DNA of 64,000 bases from Pristiophorus japonicus (Eukaryota). The stretch spans positions 1 through 64,000 of the forward strand of contig NW_027254627.1 in NCBI RefSeq assembly GCF_044704955.1. The letters are read 5' to 3'. Shown one piece after another: positions 59,761-64,000 of the stretch; position 1 is the stretch's first letter; the number at the start of each line of letters is the position of its first letter. The notes beneath the pieces were generated by a model. It saw only the letters and a program-made list of their open reading frames with translations. It ran no database searches and was not told the DNA's origin. The translations under genes and the position numbers were made by a program.

Positions 59761-61574
59761 AGAAACAAAGAAACATAGAAAATAGGTGCAGGAGTCAGCC
59801 TTCGAGTATGATATTCTATATGGTCATGGCTGAGCATGCGCTTCAGTACCCTATTCCTGCTTTCTCTCCGTACCCCTTGATCCCTTGAGCCTTAAGGGTC
59901 ACATCTAACTCCCTTTTGAATATATCTAACGAACTGGCCTCAACAACGTTCTGTGGTAGAGAATTCCACATGCTCACAACTCTCGGAGTGAAGAAGTTTC
60001 TCCTCATCTTGGCCCTAAATGGCTTACCCCTTATCGTTAGACTGTGACCCCTGGTTCTGGACTTCCCCAACATCGGGAACATTCTCCTTGCATCTGACCT
60101 TTCCAATCCCATCTGAATTTTATATGTTTCTATGGGATCCCCTCTCATTTTTCAAAATTCCATTGAATATAAGTCTAATCAATCGAGTCTTTCTTCATAT
60201 GTCAGTCCTGTCATCCCGGGAATCAGCCTGGTGAACTTTCACTGCACTCCCTCAATAGCAAGAATGTCCTTCCTCAGATTAGAGACCAAAACTGAACACA
60301 ATATTCCAGGTGAGGCCTCACCAAGACCCTGTACAACTGCAGTCAGACCTCCCTGCTCCTATACTCAAATCCTCTCGCTATGAAGGCCAACATGCCATTT
60401 GCCTTCTTCACCACCTGCTGTACCTATATGCCAACTTTCAATGACTGATGTACCATGATACCCAGGTCTCATTGCACCTCCCCTTTTACTAATCTGTCAC
60501 CATTCAGATAATAATCTGCCTTCCTGTTTTTGCCACAAAGCGGATAACCTCACATTTATCTACATTATCTGCCATGCATTTGCCCACTCACCTAACCTGT
60601 CCAAGTCACCCTGCAGCCTCTTAGTATCCTCCTAACAGCTCACACTGCCACCCAGCTTAGTGTCATCTGCAAACTTGGAGATATTACATTTAATTCCTTT
60701 GTCTAAATCATTAACGTATATTGTAAATAGCTGGGGTCCCAGCACTGAGCCCTGCTGCACACCACTAGTCACTGCCTGCCATTCTGAAAAGGACCCATTT
60801 ATTCCTACTCACTGCTTCCTGTCTGCTAACCAGTTCTCTATCCACATCAGTACATTACCACCCAATACCATGTGCTTTAATTTTGCACATTAATCTCTTG
60901 CGTGGGACCTTGTCAAAAGCCTTTTGAAAGTCTAAATACACCATATCCACAGGCTCCACCTTGTCCACTCTACTAGTTACATCCTCAAAAAATTCTAGAA
61001 GATTTGTCAAGCATGATTTCCCTTTCATAAATCCATGCTGACTTGGACTGATCCTGTCACTGCTTTCCAAATGCGCTGCTATTACAAATCTTTAATAATT
61101 GATTCCGACATTTTCCCCACCACCGATGTCAGGCTAACTGATCTATAATTCCCTGTTTTCTCTCTCCCTCCTTTTTTAAAAAGTGGTGTTACATTAGCTA
61201 CCCTCCAGTCCATAGGAACTGATCCAGAGTCTATAGACTGTTGGAAAATGATCACCAATGCATCCACTATTTCTAAGACCACTTCCTTAAGTACTCTGGG
61301 ATGCAGCCTATCAGGTCCTGGGGATTTATCAGCTTTCAATCCCATCAATTTTCCTAACACAATTTGCTGACTAAGGATTTCCTTTAGTTCTTCCTTCTCG
61401 CTAGACCCTCGGTCCCCTAGTATTTCCGGAAGGTTATTTGTGTCTTTCTTAGTGAAGACAGAACCAAATTGTTCAATTGTTCTGCCATTCCTTTGTTCTC
61501 CATTATAAAGTCACCTGATTTTGACTGTAAGGGACACACATTTGTCTTCACTAATCTTTTTCTCTTCACGTATC
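59761..61574 (-). mobile_element. CR1 LINE 3' half inserted in the Gypsy element
   Basis: Tail at 59761-59785; ORFs 59843-60148, 60855-61070 and 61082-61360. Confidence 0.9.
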
Positions 61575-64000
61575 TGTGGTGTTCCTGCACCGTACTACAA
61601 ACTCACACGAGGCATATACTGCAGACACAGTGACTACGTGACCTTAACCTTTATTCCCAGGACCAAGGCGTGCCGACCCTGGGTGGGACCTCCCCTTTTA
61701 TACCTGGAAACCCAGGTGAGGAGTGTCACCCACAAGTTCTCTCCCTGTGGTCAGGGTGTGCATTTCTAGGGTATAAGTACAGTGTACAGGAGTTGCATGA
61801 AGGTTACAGTTACATGAAGGTTACCGTTACATACATGACATCACCTCCCCCCTTACGTCTTTTTGTGTCAAAGGTTATGTATTTCAGGTGGTCGACGCTC
61901 TCTCGTGGAGCGCCGCAGTCTCTGGTGGCTGAGCCTCGGCATGTGTCTCTGTCACCTGAGGTGATTCCGGCCTGTCCGGGCTGGCCGCAGGGACTGTGCA
62001 TGCTGTGGATTGTCCTCGTTGCTCGTCCACTGGCAGTGGTGTGGGTGACATCTCATGCTCTTCCTCAGGTTCCTCAGTGTCTATGCTGAACCTTTTCTTT
62101 ACTTGGTCCAAGTGTTTGCAGCATATCTGTCCATTGTTTAGTCTGACCACTATAACCTATTCCCTTCTTTGCCAAATACGGTGCCCTCAAGCCACTTGGG
62201 TCCCAAAGCATGGTTAAGAACAAATACCGGGTCATCCATTTCTATACACCTCTCCCTTGAGTTTCGATCATGGAACTCGGTTTGGGACTGGCGCTTGCCC
62301 TCAACAATGTCTGACAGTGATGAATGAGGGACAGCCGCGTTTTAAGCTTCCGTTTCATGAGGAGTTCTGCTGGCGGGACTCCTGTGAACGAGTGCGAGCG
62401 GGACCTGTAGGCCAGCAGGAGGCACGATAGGCGGTACTGAAGGGAGGGTCCTTGGATGCGTAGCATGCCCTGTTTTAAGACTTAGACAGCACGTTCCGCC
62501 TAGCCATTGGAAGTCGGCTTGAACGGCGTTGTCCGGACGTGTTTGATACCATTGCCCGACATAAACTCCTGGAATTCATGGCTGGTGAAACACGGGCCAT
62601 TGTCGCTGACCAGGATGTCCGGCAAGCCGTGGGTCTCGAAAACCGTACGCAGACTCTCCACGGTGATGGATGTCGTGCACAAGTTCAATATGATGCACTC
62701 GATCCACTTCGAGTATGCATCGACAACAATCAGGAACATTTTCCCCATGAACGGGCCCGCATAGTCCACGTGAATACGTGACCATGGCCTGGTGGGCCAG
62801 GGCCACGGGCTGAGTGGGGCCTCCCTGGGGGCATTGCCCAGCTGGGCACACGTCGTGCACCTGCGAACCCAGTGTTCCAGGTCTGAGTTAATCCCCGGCC
62901 ACCATACATGTGACCGGGCAATGGCCTTCATTAACACGATGCCAGGGTGCTCGCTGTGGAGTTCCCTGATGAACGCTTCCCTGCCTTTCTGGGGCATGAC
63001 TACCCGGCTGCCCCATAACAGGCAGTTGGCTTGGATGGAGAGTTCATCCACCCGTCTCTGAAACGGCCTGACCTCCTCGGGGCACGCCCTGTGTGCGGGC
63101 GCCCAATCCCCAGTCAGGACACATTTCTTTATCATGGATCGGAGGGGGTCCCTGTTGGTCCAGAGTTTGATCTGGCGGGCTGTGATGGGGGAGCCTGCGG
63201 TGTCAAAAGCCTCAACGGCCATGACCATCTCAGCGCTTTGCCCTGCTGACCCCTCGGTGGTGGCTAGTGGGAGCCTGCTGAGCGCGTCAGCGCAATTTTC
63301 GGTGCCTGGCCAGTGCCGTATGGTGTAGTCATACGCAGCCAGCGTGAGCGCCCATCGCTGTATGCGAGCTGACGCATTGGCATTGACAGCCTTGCTGTCG
63401 GACAACAGGGATGTTAACGGCTTGTGGTCCGTCTCTAGCTCGAACCGTCTACCGAAAAGGTACTGGTGCATCTTTTTCACACCGTAAACACAAGCGAGTG
63501 CTTCCTTTTCGACCATGCCGTATCCACGCTCTGCCGGGGAGAGTGACCTGGAGGCATAAGCCACCGGTTGGAGTTGGCTGTCGTCATTACCCTGCTGCAA
63601 CACACACCCAACCCCGTAGGACGATGCATCGCACGTTAAAACCAGTTTTTTACAGGGGTCATACAAAGTCAACAGTTTGTTAGAACACAGCAGGTTCCTC
63701 GCCTTATTGAAAGCCTGTTCTTGACAGTCCCCCCAAAGCCATTCACAACCTATACGCAGGAGCATGTGTAACGGCTCCAACAATGTGCTTAAGTTCGGCA
63801 GAAAATTCCCAAAATAGTTCAAAAATCCCAGGAATGATCGCAACTCCGACGTGTTGTCGGGCCTGGGCGTCCGGCGATCGCCTCCGTTTTGGATTCAGTA
63901 GACCTGATCCCGTCTGCGGCTACCCTCCTGCTCAAAAACTCGACCTCTGGGGCCAAAAACACACACTTGGCCTTTTTCAGCCGCAAGCCTGTCCGGTCCA
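61575..64000 (-). mobile_element. Gypsy element 3' part (LTR 61575-61840, PPT, IN, RH) inserted in the CR1; continues beyond the window
   Basis: LTR TGTGGTG...CATGACA followed by a PPT; ORF 62500-63843 has RH (DASSYG) and IN (HHCC, DYAGP, DNG). Confidence 0.92.

Overview
Eukaryotic DNA, almost entirely repeats. It is most likely from a cartilaginous fish (shark); this is inferred from a DeuSINE/SacSINE1-like SINE and CR1 LINEs with (TTTCTATG)n tails. Most of the window is nested CR1 LINEs, Gypsy LTR retrotransposons (several with LTR pairs, PBS, PPT and 5-bp TSDs), solo LTRs, SINEs and Harbinger-like remnants. One host gene can be rebuilt on the minus strand from splice-compatible phase-1 exons: a signal-peptide exon (25763-25823, absent from the ORF track), a Siglec-15-type V-set exon that keeps the sialic-acid-binding Arg (9428-9814), and a second V-set exon lacking that Arg (4649-4999). 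The gene continues beyond the left edge. Its putative PU.1/ETS promoter lies in a ~1.9-kb island between two oppositely oriented Gypsy copies of one family. An apparently intact CR1 (34875-39667) has a 5' array of TATA-box monomers and a candidate -1 ribosomal frameshift site (G_UUA_AAC plus a G-quadruplex) joining ORF1 to ORF2. Most ORFs in the supplied track are antisense or decayed retroelement frames. Boundaries were read by eye and are approximate unless a TSD or splice site is quoted.
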